Below, one piece after another: positions 28,347 through 40,132 of a stretch of DNA of 64,000 nucleotides. Position 1 is the first letter of the stretch. The number at the start of each line of letters is the position of its first letter. Under the pieces are notes generated by a model. That model worked only from the letters and a program-made list of their open reading frames with translations. It searched no databases and was not told the DNA's origin. Origin of the DNA: Utricularia gibba. Lineage: Eukaryota; Plantae; Magnoliophyta. Made by a program: the position numbers and the translations under genes. The stretch spans positions 620,001 to 684,000 of the forward strand of contig NEEC01000021.1 of assembly GCA_002189035.1 (NCBI GenBank), in the 5' to 3' direction.

Positions 28347-29684
28347 TGTAGAATGAATAAGTATCCCACATTGTTAATTGTAATGATTTTCAATTAAATT
28401 ATATAATATATCAATCTATTAGTTTTGATGAGTTTGATAGAGAACTGAATCTCGTGTGTACATAGTATTTTAATTTATTAGATTAGATTGGAGTTTCGAA
28501 GAGCTCTATAACCTAAAAAGGCTAAACGTAGGGGGTGCAAAACCGACCCCAAAAACTTTTTGTGTGTGGATTGTGTTACAACAGTCTGGATTTCCCTCAC
28601 TTGGATTCAATAGATACGGCTCCTTAGGTAGTTGAGGGAACAGGTGCAGCTCTGCACAGCATTCAACAGCTTTCCATAGTTTGAAGATGATGATCCGATG
28701 TGTTGAACTTGTTTTTCTTTATTTTTTTCTTTTTGATCCATTTTTTATTTCTTTTGATACTCTAAATATGTAAAAAAAAATGATTGTTGCAATATAACGA
28801 AAATTCCCAAAATTTTCTGTTCCCTTTCTTCCTCGCAACATGGTATTAGGCTCAAATATATGATTCTTGTGGATGAGCTTTCTAGTTTTGCTCCTTATTT
28901 GTACTCATTTTGATTGTTTGTGTTTGGTGACCTTACTTGCTTTTGAAGAATGAATGGACTGATGAAACCGGATGATTTTGCTGGAAGAATAATGACTCCA
29001 CAGAAGAGAACTAAGAATTCTCTCTATTATATTGCAAACTCTGATTTTTCAGGTACAAAATTGGTAGATCTTGTCCTAACTTTCTTTAATTTCTTTGATT
29101 GGAGTCGAGGGATTCGCCTTGTGCTAGAATGTAAAGATAAATTTGATTTCATTACCGGTAATGTTGTTATTTCTGCAATTGATTCTAATGACTTCAGATT
29201 GTGGCAAAGAGTTGATAATTTGGTGAGTTCTGACTACTTGGTAGTATGTGTAAGGTTTTGGTTAGCGCACATTGCTCGTAGAAATCTCTTGAAAGTCATT
29301 TTGGAAAATGTAGTATGCAGGCTTTGTTTCATTTGTTCAAGGAATTATTTGAGTTGACTCAAGATAATTTAAATGTAATGGAATATTATTTGAAGGTACA
29401 AATTATATGGAATGATATTGAAAGCTTGCTTTTTGTGGTGAAATGTCATTCATGTGATAAGAGCATAGATAGTTGCATGAAACTAGTGAAACTTAATCAT
29501 TTTCTTGTGGGATTAGAAATTAAGTATGCTGTTATTAGAAACCTTATTTTGGAAATGAAACACGTTCTTTTTTTTTGAGACAGCCTTATTTTCTTGTAGG
29601 ATTAGACATTGAACATTGAACCAATATGTTTTCTTAAATCATGATATATAGGTTTGTAATGTGATAATATAAATCACATGTGTT
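28347..29684 (+). mobile_element. Truncated, degenerate Ty1/copia remnant (5' LTR, PBS, gag)
   Basis: Putative LTR TGTAGAATGAATAAGTATCCCACATTG (28347) to ..GCAACA (28840); PBS-like TGGTATTAGGC 28841-28851; gag-like YYIANSDFSGTKLV..FDWSRGIRLVLECKDKFDFITG..WQRVDNLV at 28950-29580; no pol or 3' LTR. Confidence 0.7.
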
Positions 29685-29689
29685 TAGCT

Positions 29690-32600
29690 TAAAATAATAA
29701 ATTTGGGAAGAATCACAATGTTTCAATAGATAAAATTCACCACAATGAATGTTACAACCAAACTACAAATAAATAGAGAATTTTTTTGGTAGTTGCCAAT
29801 CCATAATTTTGCCTTGACTGGTGCTCTTCATTTGGAAGGTTCTTCACTTTCCTTCAGCAGTATGCAGATTATTCTTCACTTTGTCACAATTGATGCTACT
29901 TGGGTCATTCTTCAATTTACCATATTCCAATAGAAAGAGTTCATCCTTATTTCCCTTCTCCTTATTACTCCTTTCCTCAACCCTATCACTTCCTTTAATC
30001 TCTCTTTCAACACCCTCTCTCAAATTTAGCTTGGGTTGGAGGCCTAGTTTGCTTATGAGGAAAAACTATCTCTTAGTTGGGATACTTTTGGTAAAGAGAT
30101 CTGCCACTTGGTGTTGTGTTGGAATATGATGAGTTGTTAAATAGCCCAAAGCAACCCTCTCTCGCACAAAGTGATAGTCAATCTCAACATGCTTACTTCG
30201 GGAGTGAAGAACAAGATTTACTGTCAAGTAGAGTGCACTCAAGTTGTCGCAATAGAGTGTTGGGGTATTGAGCATCACACGAATGTCCTTCAAAATAAAC
30301 TGTAGCCATGTAGCCTCAGTTGCAGCATGTGCCATTGTCCTATACTTAGCCTCTGTACTTGATCTGGACACCGTATGTTGTTTTTTTGAGCTCCAGGAGA
30401 TTAGATTTTTTCCAAGAAGGACACAATATCCTGTAGTAGACCGTCTGGTAAAGAGGCAACTTGTCCAATCAGCATCAGAAATGATTTGTAGTTGCACTTG
30501 TGAATCAGTATAGAATGTAAAACCTAACTCCAGAGTCCTTGTGATGTATCTTAGAATTCTCTCTGCCATGATTTTGTGATATGTAGTTGGCGTATGCATA
30601 AATTGAGACACAAAGTTCACACTGTATGCGATATCTGGCCTCGTAAAGGTAAGGTATTGAAGCGCTCCTACAAGTGCTCTGAAGGGAGTGGCATCATCGA
30701 GAGTCTCATCTTTTTTTGGGAAAGTAACCTTTGCTGCTTGAGGCATCAATGCTTATTTACAGTCACGTAGATCAAACCTGTCAATAATAGATAAAGCATA
30801 ATGAGTTTGTGAACAATGAATTCTACTTGTGGTTTTTACCACTTGAACGCCAAGAAAATGATGTAGGTATCCAAGATCTTTCATAGAAAATTCCAAAGAT
30901 AGTTGATCAATTAACTTGGATATCAATTTTGAGGATTACCCTGTAACAATTACATCAACAACATAAAGTAGTAAAATCAGTGTATCATTACGAATATATG
31001 AAATGAAAAGAGATGGATCTACAAGGCTGCAAAAGAATCCAATTTGTAAAAGAAAAGAACTAAAGCGATCAAACCATGCCCTTGGAGCCTGTTTTAGTCT
31101 GTACAATGTTCGGTTAAGTTTGCAAACATGTGTAGGAAAATAGATATCCTTCAAACCTGGGGGTTGTTACATAAAAATATCCTCACTAATATGTCCATTT
31201 AATAGAGCATTCTTAACATCGAGTTGACGTATTTTCCAGCCATTACTTACCCTAACTGACACAATAAGGCTTATGGTATTTGGGCGAATAACAGGAGAAA
31301 AGGTTTCACTATAATCGATGCCATCAATTTGATCATACTCTTTTAGGCGATCTAGTGCTCCATCAGGTTTGAGTTTTGCTTTAAAGACCCATTTGTACAC
31401 AATTATGTGTTGTGACTCATCTCGTGAAACTAGACTCCATGTATCATTGTCATGGAGGGCACCCAACTCTTCTTCCATGACCTTTTTTCAACCAGGATGT
31501 TGAAGGGCCTCTCGAACCAATCTTGGCTTTGCTAGAACTGAGTAATGTAATGCTATCTATAAGGGATACTTTGGGTTGGGATTAAATATCCCACGTTGTG
31601 CTCTTGTTCTCATCTCATGTGTTTTCTGCATAGATGAAGGATCAAGAGTTTGTGAGGGAGTTACGGTCAATTCATTACCTGAAACTGGATCTAACGATGA
31701 AACTTCCTCCTCAGCACTAGTTATGCTATTACTGTCGGGTGAAGTGGTTGCAACTACAGTATCCCTAGATGGCATTTCAGTGGTCTGGTTGTTGATCGAA
31801 GTGGTGACAACCTCTACTCTTGCAGATTGTATTTCATCGACCTGGAGAGTGGAAGCCTCCACTTCTGGCGGTTCCTTGATGAGAATTTCCTCATCAATAT
31901 ACCAGCATCAGTAAAATCTGGACATTGTGTGGCAGTGTGTTCCTCATCGTACACTTGGTTTGCACCTTGTTGCTGATTTTCTGCATTTGCTCTCTACTCC
32001 AGGCCTAAACCAAAAACCTACTGTTGCTGCTGATTGTCTTAAGTAGCAGTGGTATGATGATTAGACAGCAGTGGAGAGTCTTCTTTTCTCACTCCACCAG
32101 GAGCAACCGTAGTGGTGAATTCAGGCACCTCCGTTGGGACCTGTTCTCCAACAGGTACCTGATGATTTATGATAGTAGATGCTTGCAAATTTCCTGCAGC
32201 TATCAGGAGACTGTTTTGATGAGCACGTTCTCTAGCTGCTGCTCCCGTGGTGAGAGGTTCTGGGTTTTCATTTGACAAGTCCTGCATCCAGGCATTAAAG
32301 ACCTTAGTGATCAGCTGTGAAGAGGGAGCTGATGAATTAATGGGTGAACGAAATGGGAATGATTGTTCATCAAAAATATCATGACAAGAGATATGGATTT
32401 TTTTGGTTGTTGGTTCATAGCATCGGTATCCATTATGGCTGTCGTTGTATCCTACAAAGACACATAAAGCTGTTTTTTGGTGAGAACCTGTTGCGTTTAG
32501 TGTCCCATAAATAAGGAAAACATTTTGCACCAAAAGCTCTAAGACTTGAGTAATCTAGTTTTGAATTAAAAAGCATGGAATAGGGAAAGTCTCTTTTGAG

Positions 32601-34982
32601 AGAAGGGGAAGGTAGTCGATTCTGTAAGTAGATGGCTGTTGAAAAAGCTTCAACCCGAAAAGAGAGTGGTACTCCACAATGAAACAACATGGTCATTCCA
32701 TGCTCTCGTATTGTACGATGCCGTCATTCCACAACTCCCATTTGTTCATGAGTATAAGGGCAAGAGAAAAAATGTAACATTTCTGTTTCTAAGAAGTGAG
32801 ATTTGAGTGAGTGATTGACAAATTCCCCACCATTATCTGTTTGAAGAATTTTAATTTTCGCATTAAACTGCCTAGCTATATAACTTTCAAATTGATGAAA
32901 AATGCTAGTGAAATCACTTTTTTTTCTTAATGGATAAAACCATGAAAAATGAGAATAATCATCAACAAGACAGGCATAATACAAAAAATCATTATGAGAG
33001 ATAACAGATGCAGGTCCCCAAAGATCACAGTAAACCCTTTCAAGCATATTTTTCGAAACTGAATTTGAATTAGAAAATGGAAGTTTGGATAACTTCCCAT
33101 ACTGACACCTATCACAAAAAATAGATGCACTTGGTTTAATCACATTGATTAATCCTTTATTTTTTAGAAGAAACACCATTGACTCGTGTAGATTCCCAAG
33201 TCGTTGATGACAAATCTCAGGTGAACAGGACTTAAAGCGCAGGGAAAAGAAAGCTTGTGGAGAGTGCTTAAGGACATATAAACCACCACTACGTCTCCCA
33301 GTTGCTCGATGAGTTCCCATGTGTCGATCCTTAATAAACAAACCAATATTAGTGAATTCACAATTAATTGTTTGCTGGGATGTCAGCTACGAAATTGAAA
33401 GTAAATTTTTAGTCAATTTTGGAACATATAAAACATTTTCTAGAGAGATAGACGAGTTATTTTGCTGTAAAGTAGAATTACCAATACCATGTATCGGTAA
33501 ATGGGAACCATCTCCAATAAGGACACTATCTTCACCTGTATATGGGTATAATGCATTAAAAGCACGAGTTGTACCTGCCATGTGATTCGTGGCTCCTATA
33601 GTGGTCCAATCCGTTTTAGTGAGGGAGTTATCTAGAGTGAGTGAGGCCAAGGCTTGAGGCAAAGTCTCGTTTTCACTTGCAGGAGGGGGTGATGGTCCTG
33701 GGAGATGCCAATAGATTTTTGCTATGTGACCTTGTAAATTACAGATTTGACATACCTCATTTCTATATAATTCTCGTTCCGTAGACGTCATCCTGCGTTT
33801 TCCCGGAGGCGGAGGTGGTGCACGTCCCTGTCTATCACCACTATTAGACCGCTGTTGCGACAAATTTTGAGTGAACATTGGTGACTATTGACGACGTTGA
33901 GCAGAAAAACTGCGACCATCTAAGGTGAACTTGGAAGTAGGGGATTGTCCTTGTCGTTGGGCTGTGAATGCCATGGTTGTGTGTTGTTTTTCAATGTCTT
34001 CGGTGAGTTGTTTTCTCATTTCAAAACTCAATAGTATGGTTGTTGAGAATGCATTGTATCCAGTTCCTAGACACAATATACCCTCTCTCCATCGGGAACA
34101 ATATCACTTATTGCTGCCAAATCATCACAGATTGTCTTGAACTTCATAAGATATGCACCTAGTGACTAATCCGAGCGCTTGTGTGTCTGCGAGAGTTGGT
34201 AGCGAAGGGCATGTCGGCCTTCTTCAGATCGTTGGGTGTAAGCATCTTGGAGTGTTGTCCATACAGTTGATGATGTGTCACACCCAATAATGAGTGGCCA
34301 AAAGTCTTCAGAATTTGTTCCAAGGAGCCAGCTTTTGAGGAGACAATCAGCGGTTTTCCATTGGACATATTCATTGGTGAGGGTGGGCTGTGACTAAGGT
34401 TTTTGACCTTCAGGTGCAGATACGAATTTCGTTGGTGCTGTAATATCTCCGGTAAGGTAGCTGTAGAGACCTTGGTTTTCAGCAAGCCCAATCGCCATTT
34501 CTCTCCACAAACTATAATTTGATTGGGTAAGCTTGATGGTGATGAAATTGCTTACATTGATGGAGTTTGCAGTGGCCATCATAATAGGTTGGATGAGCAG
34601 AAGCAACGGTTGCAAAGACCACAAACGACGATTGAAAAATTCAATCACCTGCTCTGATACTAAAAAGAATAAATTTTGAAAGAATCACAATGTTTCAATA
34701 GATAAAATTCACTACAGTGAATGTTACAACAAAACTACAAATAAACAGAGGATTTTTTGGTAGTTGCCGATCCATAATTTTGCTTGACTGGTGCTCTTCA
34801 TTTGGAAGGTTTTTCACTTTCCTTCAGCAGTATGCGGATTACTCTTCAGTTTGTCATGATTGATGCTACTTGGGTCATTCCTCAATTTATCATATTCTAA
34901 TAGAAAGAATTCATCCTTATTTCCCCTTTCCTTATCACTCCTTTTATCAACCTTATCACTTCCTTTAATCTCTCTTTCAACA
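29690..34982 (-). mobile_element. Full-length but decayed Ty1/copia LTR retrotransposon (~5.3 kb)
   Basis: LTRs 34661-34982 and 29690-30012 (~322 bp, roughly 28 differences by eye); TSD TAGCT at 29685-29689 and 34983-34987; tRNA-iMet PBS GTATCAGAGC at 34660-34651; PPT GAGAGAGGG at ~30021-30013. Gag (ITIKLTQSNYSLW), Zn knuckle (CQICNLQGH), protease (GATNHM), integrase (CDLWGP, QTDNGGEF), RT and RNase H in copia order, with many frameshifts and stops. Confidence 0.96.
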
Positions 34983-36702
34983 TAGCTACTCTACTAAAAC
35001 AAACATACGCATCAACTTTTACCAATGGGATTAAAGCGTTAAACTTACATAACAAATGTGACTCATTTTTGAATAGAATGAAATTAAATGAAATAAGGAG
35101 AAAAAAACATAATTCCAAAACACATATCATGATAAGAGAAATATATTTAAAATTATAAGTCGTCCAAATCATATGAAACCCTAGTAAACAAAAGATGGTG
35201 GAGAAGAGAACGAGAAATTCCATGAATTATAACATTACAAAAAAATGATTTAATTAATTATTTTGCACACATGCAATCATAGATGATATGAGATGGTAGA
35301 TAATAAAAATAAGAAACCCTAGTTGTTATCACATTCCAAAAAATCGATTTAATTATTTATTTTTCAAATTTTTAATTAAATTTTCGAAAAAAATTTACAC
35401 TTTAAAAAATGATCAAACTATTTTGTGGCGGCAATATAACTCAAGACCTTCTACATGTACAAAGTAACAGAGCTAACTCATAGATGATTTGTCTAAATAA
35501 ATATCATATCACATAGTTGAGTATTACATATTTAATACAACACACCTAAAAGATTTATTGCATATTCCTTTGGGAATCACTTATTTGTTGAAATTGGTGA
35601 TTCCCGTTACGGTGCGCACGTGCGACAAATCCGCACCAGATTCTCCGTACGTTGATCAATCGACACATCAAATCTGTGAATCGACAAATCCATCCATTCA
35701 CACCTATATATCCTAGATTGTAATAACATTTTTGTAGTATTGGCAATAATAGGCGATAAAATGAGCATTCAAAGTTGAAATATTCGTCATCCCTAAATAA
35801 AATGAGTTTTATTTTTTAAAAAGATATTGACAAAATACATCATTGAATAAAAACACAAAAAATACAAATATGACATTAAAACTGTTATACGAGTGATGAA
35901 ATTTCACATTTTAGTGCTGAACAAAAGAATAAAATACATAAATATTTTAATAATATTATGAACCAAATTGATATTTTTAAATAAATTAATGTTAAAAAAA
36001 CTGGACTCTTGCATATTATAAGACGCGGGTGTAACACGAAGAATGTTCCAAGTCCACTTTGTTGGTGGGAAGATCCATATTTTCCATCACAATTGCATGC
36101 ATTTAGTAGTGTAATTTAATTATTAATATATTTAAAATATTTGAATTAAAATAAATATAATTTATTTGGCTATAATAACAGTGTATTTAATATGTATATA
36201 TATATATATGTATTTATATTTTAAAAATATGTGATAAGATGCTATTCTATTTGGTATATGTATTAGAATAGATGCAACATAGGAAATAAAATTCACATCA
36301 GAAATTTTTTTTGAGAAATATGATTTAAAATGAAATTTTTTTTCTTAAATCACAAAACGTAATAATCAACCCGTATTTATTTAGAGGCATAGAGAAACCT
36401 AGAAAACAATACTTCTAGGTATTTGATTGATTTAAGTAGAATTGTAATAAAAAATATTTTATTGTTAATAATTTAAATGTATTTCGACTGAATTTTATAA
36501 AAAATACAAAGTCAATGATTGATAAAAAAATGCAAGGTCAATGCTTTAATGAAAGAAGACAAAAAGAGAGAAAAAAATGACACCAAATGCATGTAATAAT
36601 TGATGACCACACCAGTAGCGCAGCTCTTCTTGATCTGGTCGTGTTTCCTCTTCTGACAATCCTTTGCACCCAAGTCTCCAAAGAAGAGGAGAAGAAAACC
36701 TT

Positions 36703-39396
36703 ATGGCTGTAGCAGCTTACGTTGCTCTGCGTCCTTTGGAGGATGGTCTTGTTGCGATCCAAAACCTCCATGAAAATGGAAGAATCCAAATCAACAAGCA
36801 GCAAGTTGGAGATCTTCGTAGCAAGGTGCGTGTTTTAATACATTTACTTGAGTCTCTTCCACCTCGTCATGCCCTGACAACCCAGATGAGGACTTTGATT
36901 GAAAAAGTTAGGGATGATGCCATAGAAATAGAGTGCTACTTGGCTTCTAGTATTAATGAGAAACTTAGTCATCCTCAATCGAATACTCTTGCTTTGGATG
37001 GGTTGATTCAGAAGCTTGAATCTGTGGCACTTCAAATGAGAGATGAACTTCTCTTGGATCTCCATCAGATGGTTAAATCTGTATTACGCTTGTTATTTGA
37101 AACTCAATTCCAAGGATTTGAGGCTTTTATTGAAGATATCATCTTTATGGTCATTGAATTGTACCTCTACAATGAGGTCGTGGATGCTAGTGATGAAGAA
37201 AACCTTGATGGGTTAACATCTTTGTTGAAAGAGATGAGGGAAAAACTACAATCTATGGAGAAAAGGATATTGATAGTTGGTGACCAATTAGAACCTCTCT
37301 TTGATGCATCTTTCCCTCGTCCTGTTCCTGATTCGAGAGATCAAACAAATTGCTTTTTTAAAGAAGAAGAGAATTGGGTAATCCGAGAATTAGGCGGCCA
37401 TGTCAAAGACCTTCAAATCATTGCAATTGTTGGAATGGGTGGAATAGGAAAAACCACTCTAGCTCGACGTATGTTTGACAACCCAATAACTAGAAGAATG
37501 TTTGACATTTGTAAGTGGTGTACGATTTCTGTAAATTATGATGAGCATCGTATTCTTGAAAGCCTTTTAGGGTATAAAAGTGATGCTGAAAATCGTGATC
37601 TTGGTACCAAACTATACCAATCATTACACAAATCTCGATACTTGATCGTTATGGATGATATGTGGTCCAAAGATGCATGGGAATACATTAAGAATTTTCT
37701 CCCTAATAATCATATGCAGTGTCGAGTTATCATCACTACTAGAGACAAGGATGTAGCAGCCAAGATCACGAGCGCATCAAAACAATGGGATATGAAACCC
37801 TTAGATGAAGAATCGAGTTGGAATTTACTTTGTCAAAAGACTTTTGGCAATCGTGAATGTCCAAGTGAGTTGGAGCAACTCGGTAGAAAAATTTCCCATA
37901 ATTGCAAAGGACTGCCTTTGTTGTTGGTCACCATTGGTGGTTTGCTTTCGAAGTCCAATATGACTTTTGAATACTGGTATAATATTGAACAAAATATGAC
38001 TGAAGTTGATGAATTTGAAGACTGTAAGGAGGTATTGTCTTTAACTTACCATTACTTGCCTCTTCATCTAAAACCATGTTTCTTATGGTTTAGTCGACTA
38101 TATGATGCTGAAAGGGTATCCCAACAAGATGTGATTGAGAGTTGGATAGATGAAGGATTTGTGAAACCAGTAGTTGGTATGCCGATACATGATGTTGTGG
38201 CATCCTATATGAATGAGCTGGTGAATCGAAACTTAATTTTGTGTGAGAGACATACTTTTGCGTATTTTGAAGTATATGGTATTCACGATCTTTTACTAGA
38301 AGTTTCAAAAACTGAAGCTAAGAAAGAGGGCATGCTTCGAATATCAAGATTTCGCAATTTTGAATACTATCTTGATGATGATTCAGTAACTGAAAGCAAA
38401 CAAATATTCTTCTCTAAATCAGTGCCCCTTGGGATCACAAGGTATGCAAATATGGATATATTTATGACTAAAGGCTACACAAGAGTACCCGGATTTATAC
38501 CTTTACCATTTCATTATTACCTTTGGAATCTACAAATTCTAGAGATTTCCAATAATGGTGACATTTTTCAAGTTGATATTTGGGAAATGTGGCAACTTAG
38601 ACAAGCATTCCTTCGAGGTATAGAGATTTGGGAGCCACTCTTGGAAAGGTTAACTCAAAATGAGAATTATCATCATCATCCCAAGCCATTGGAACATCTG
38701 GAAAGCCTATCAATCGATGTGATGTGGCCTGAAGAAGAGGTTATAAAGCTGATCCCAAACTTGTGGGATCTATCCTTCAGCTTGGTTTTAATTGAGCCAT
38801 CCAGCAATGGATGCTCAACTGAAAAGTTTCCCAGTATAGATGAACCATTTAACATCATTTTCCCACCATTATTGAAGGTGCTAAAGATTGGTGTGATATC
38901 CAAGGAAGAGATTGCATCAATTGCATCATTACAGTTTTTGGAATATCTGAAATTCACTATCCATACGGATGAGTTGATTGTACTAAAGGGGAACTTTCCT
39001 CAACTGAAACATCTAGAAATTTCTTCGCAGTCAATGAATGCTAGTTGCCAACTGAAGGTAGAGAAGAGTGGTGATTTTGAGAAACTTGAGATATTGGAGT
39101 TGGACAAATTGTCTCATTTTGAATTCCCTGATGACATTGGAGATCTAACAGCATTCTCTTCAATGAAGCTATGGAATTGCAGCAAATCTGTGTTAGAATC
39201 AATGAAGCAAATGGTTAGAGAACAACAGTATCTACGAAGTGACACCCTTCACTTATATTGGAACGTGGATCAGCAACTATTCGAATTCGTGAATGATGAA
39301 GTAGATTTCATTGAAGAAGTTCACCGTCAAGATGAAAGGATTTATTTTTGCATCGTTCCTGTTTTTCCAACTCCTGTAATAGATGCACTTCAGTAA
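36703..39396 (+). CDS. CC-NB-ARC-LRR resistance protein (R1/R1B-like), single exon, NLR1
   Basis: Start MAVAAYVAL (the track's TTG start is preceded by an in-frame TGA); P-loop GMGGIGKTT, kinase-2 YLIVMDDMW, RNBS-B CRVIITTR, GLPL, RNBS-D LKPCFLWF, MHD as IHD, degenerate LRR. Confidence 0.95.
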   Translation: MAVAAYVALRPLEDGLVAIQNLHENGRIQINKQQVGDLRSKVRVLIHLLESLPPRHALTTQMRTLIEKVRDDAIEIECYLASSINEKLSHPQSNTLALDGLIQKLESVALQMRDELLLDLHQMVKSVLRLLFETQFQGFEAFIEDIIFMVIELYLYNEVVDASDEENLDGLTSLLKEMREKLQSMEKRILIVGDQLEPLFDASFPRPVPDSRDQTNCFFKEEENWVIRELGGHVKDLQIIAIVGMGGIGKTTLARRMFDNPITRRMFDICKWCTISVNYDEHRILESLLGYKSDAENRDLGTKLYQSLHKSRYLIVMDDMWSKDAWEYIKNFLPNNHMQCRVIITTRDKDVAAKITSASKQWDMKPLDEESSWNLLCQKTFGNRECPSELEQLGRKISHNCKGLPLLLVTIGGLLSKSNMTFEYWYNIEQNMTEVDEFEDCKEVLSLTYHYLPLHLKPCFLWFSRLYDAERVSQQDVIESWIDEGFVKPVVGMPIHDVVASYMNELVNRNLILCERHTFAYFEVYGIHDLLLEVSKTEAKKEGMLRISRFRNFEYYLDDDSVTESKQIFFSKSVPLGITRYANMDIFMTKGYTRVPGFIPLPFHYYLWNLQILEISNNGDIFQVDIWEMWQLRQAFLRGIEIWEPLLERLTQNENYHHHPKPLEHLESLSIDVMWPEEEVIKLIPNLWDLSFSLVLIEPSSNGCSTEKFPSIDEPFNIIFPPLLKVLKIGVISKEEIASIASLQFLEYLKFTIHTDELIVLKGNFPQLKHLEISSQSMNASCQLKVEKSGDFEKLEILELDKLSHFEFPDDIGDLTAFSSMKLWNCSKSVLESMKQMVREQQYLRSDTLHLYWNVDQQLFEFVNDEVDFIEEVHRQDERIYFCIVPVFPTPVIDALQ

Positions 39397-40111
39397 CTTA
39401 TAATGTATGCCCTTCTGTCACTTCTAGCAAAAATGTCCACTTGTAATATATGTATTTATCTCAGTTGAAATAAAATTGTTTATTGTAATGAAAATTTTTT
39501 TATTACAAATATATTACAAGAATCAACCTAATCTTTTATCATAAAATTCATGATGAAGGCGTGTTTTCAAAAGTCGTGTAAATTCATATATCTGGTCCAT
39601 ATAATGTTGCTTATTATTTTCAGTTTTGGGTAAATTAGGCAAATAGTTTCTATTGTTTTTTGAAATGACATAATTAGTCATAAAGAATTAATATTTATCT
39701 ATAGCATTTGAATACCATATACAATCAATCTTCATTATTTCAAAGAGCAAAATCAGTTTCTATTATTTTCCAATAAAATTAATCATATTATCCAATTCTA
39801 AAGACAGGCAGATGGCAAGGTGCCGCAGATAGTGTTAGAGCACGCATTGAACGATGATTTAGCATTTGGGGGCCAATTGTATCAAATATTAAAATATTAA
39901 AGGATGAAATATATCTGATTTTCCAATAGTAAAAATGAATTATATTTGTTATTAAAATAGTGAGAATTAAAAATGCTTAAAATAAAAAACATTGAGAAAT
40001 AACTTTATTTAAGATGACAAGTTTTGGAAATTAAACACACCCAACCCAATACGCTAAATAATGGAACCCTTTTATTCCATTGAAGATTGAACATATCATT
40101 TTCACTAAATG

Positions 40112-40132
40112 GGGTTTAGGGTTTAGGGTTTA
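40112..40132 (+). repeat. Interstitial plant telomeric repeat, (GGGTTTA)3
   Basis: ggggtttagggtttagggtttag at 40111-40133. Confidence 0.85.
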
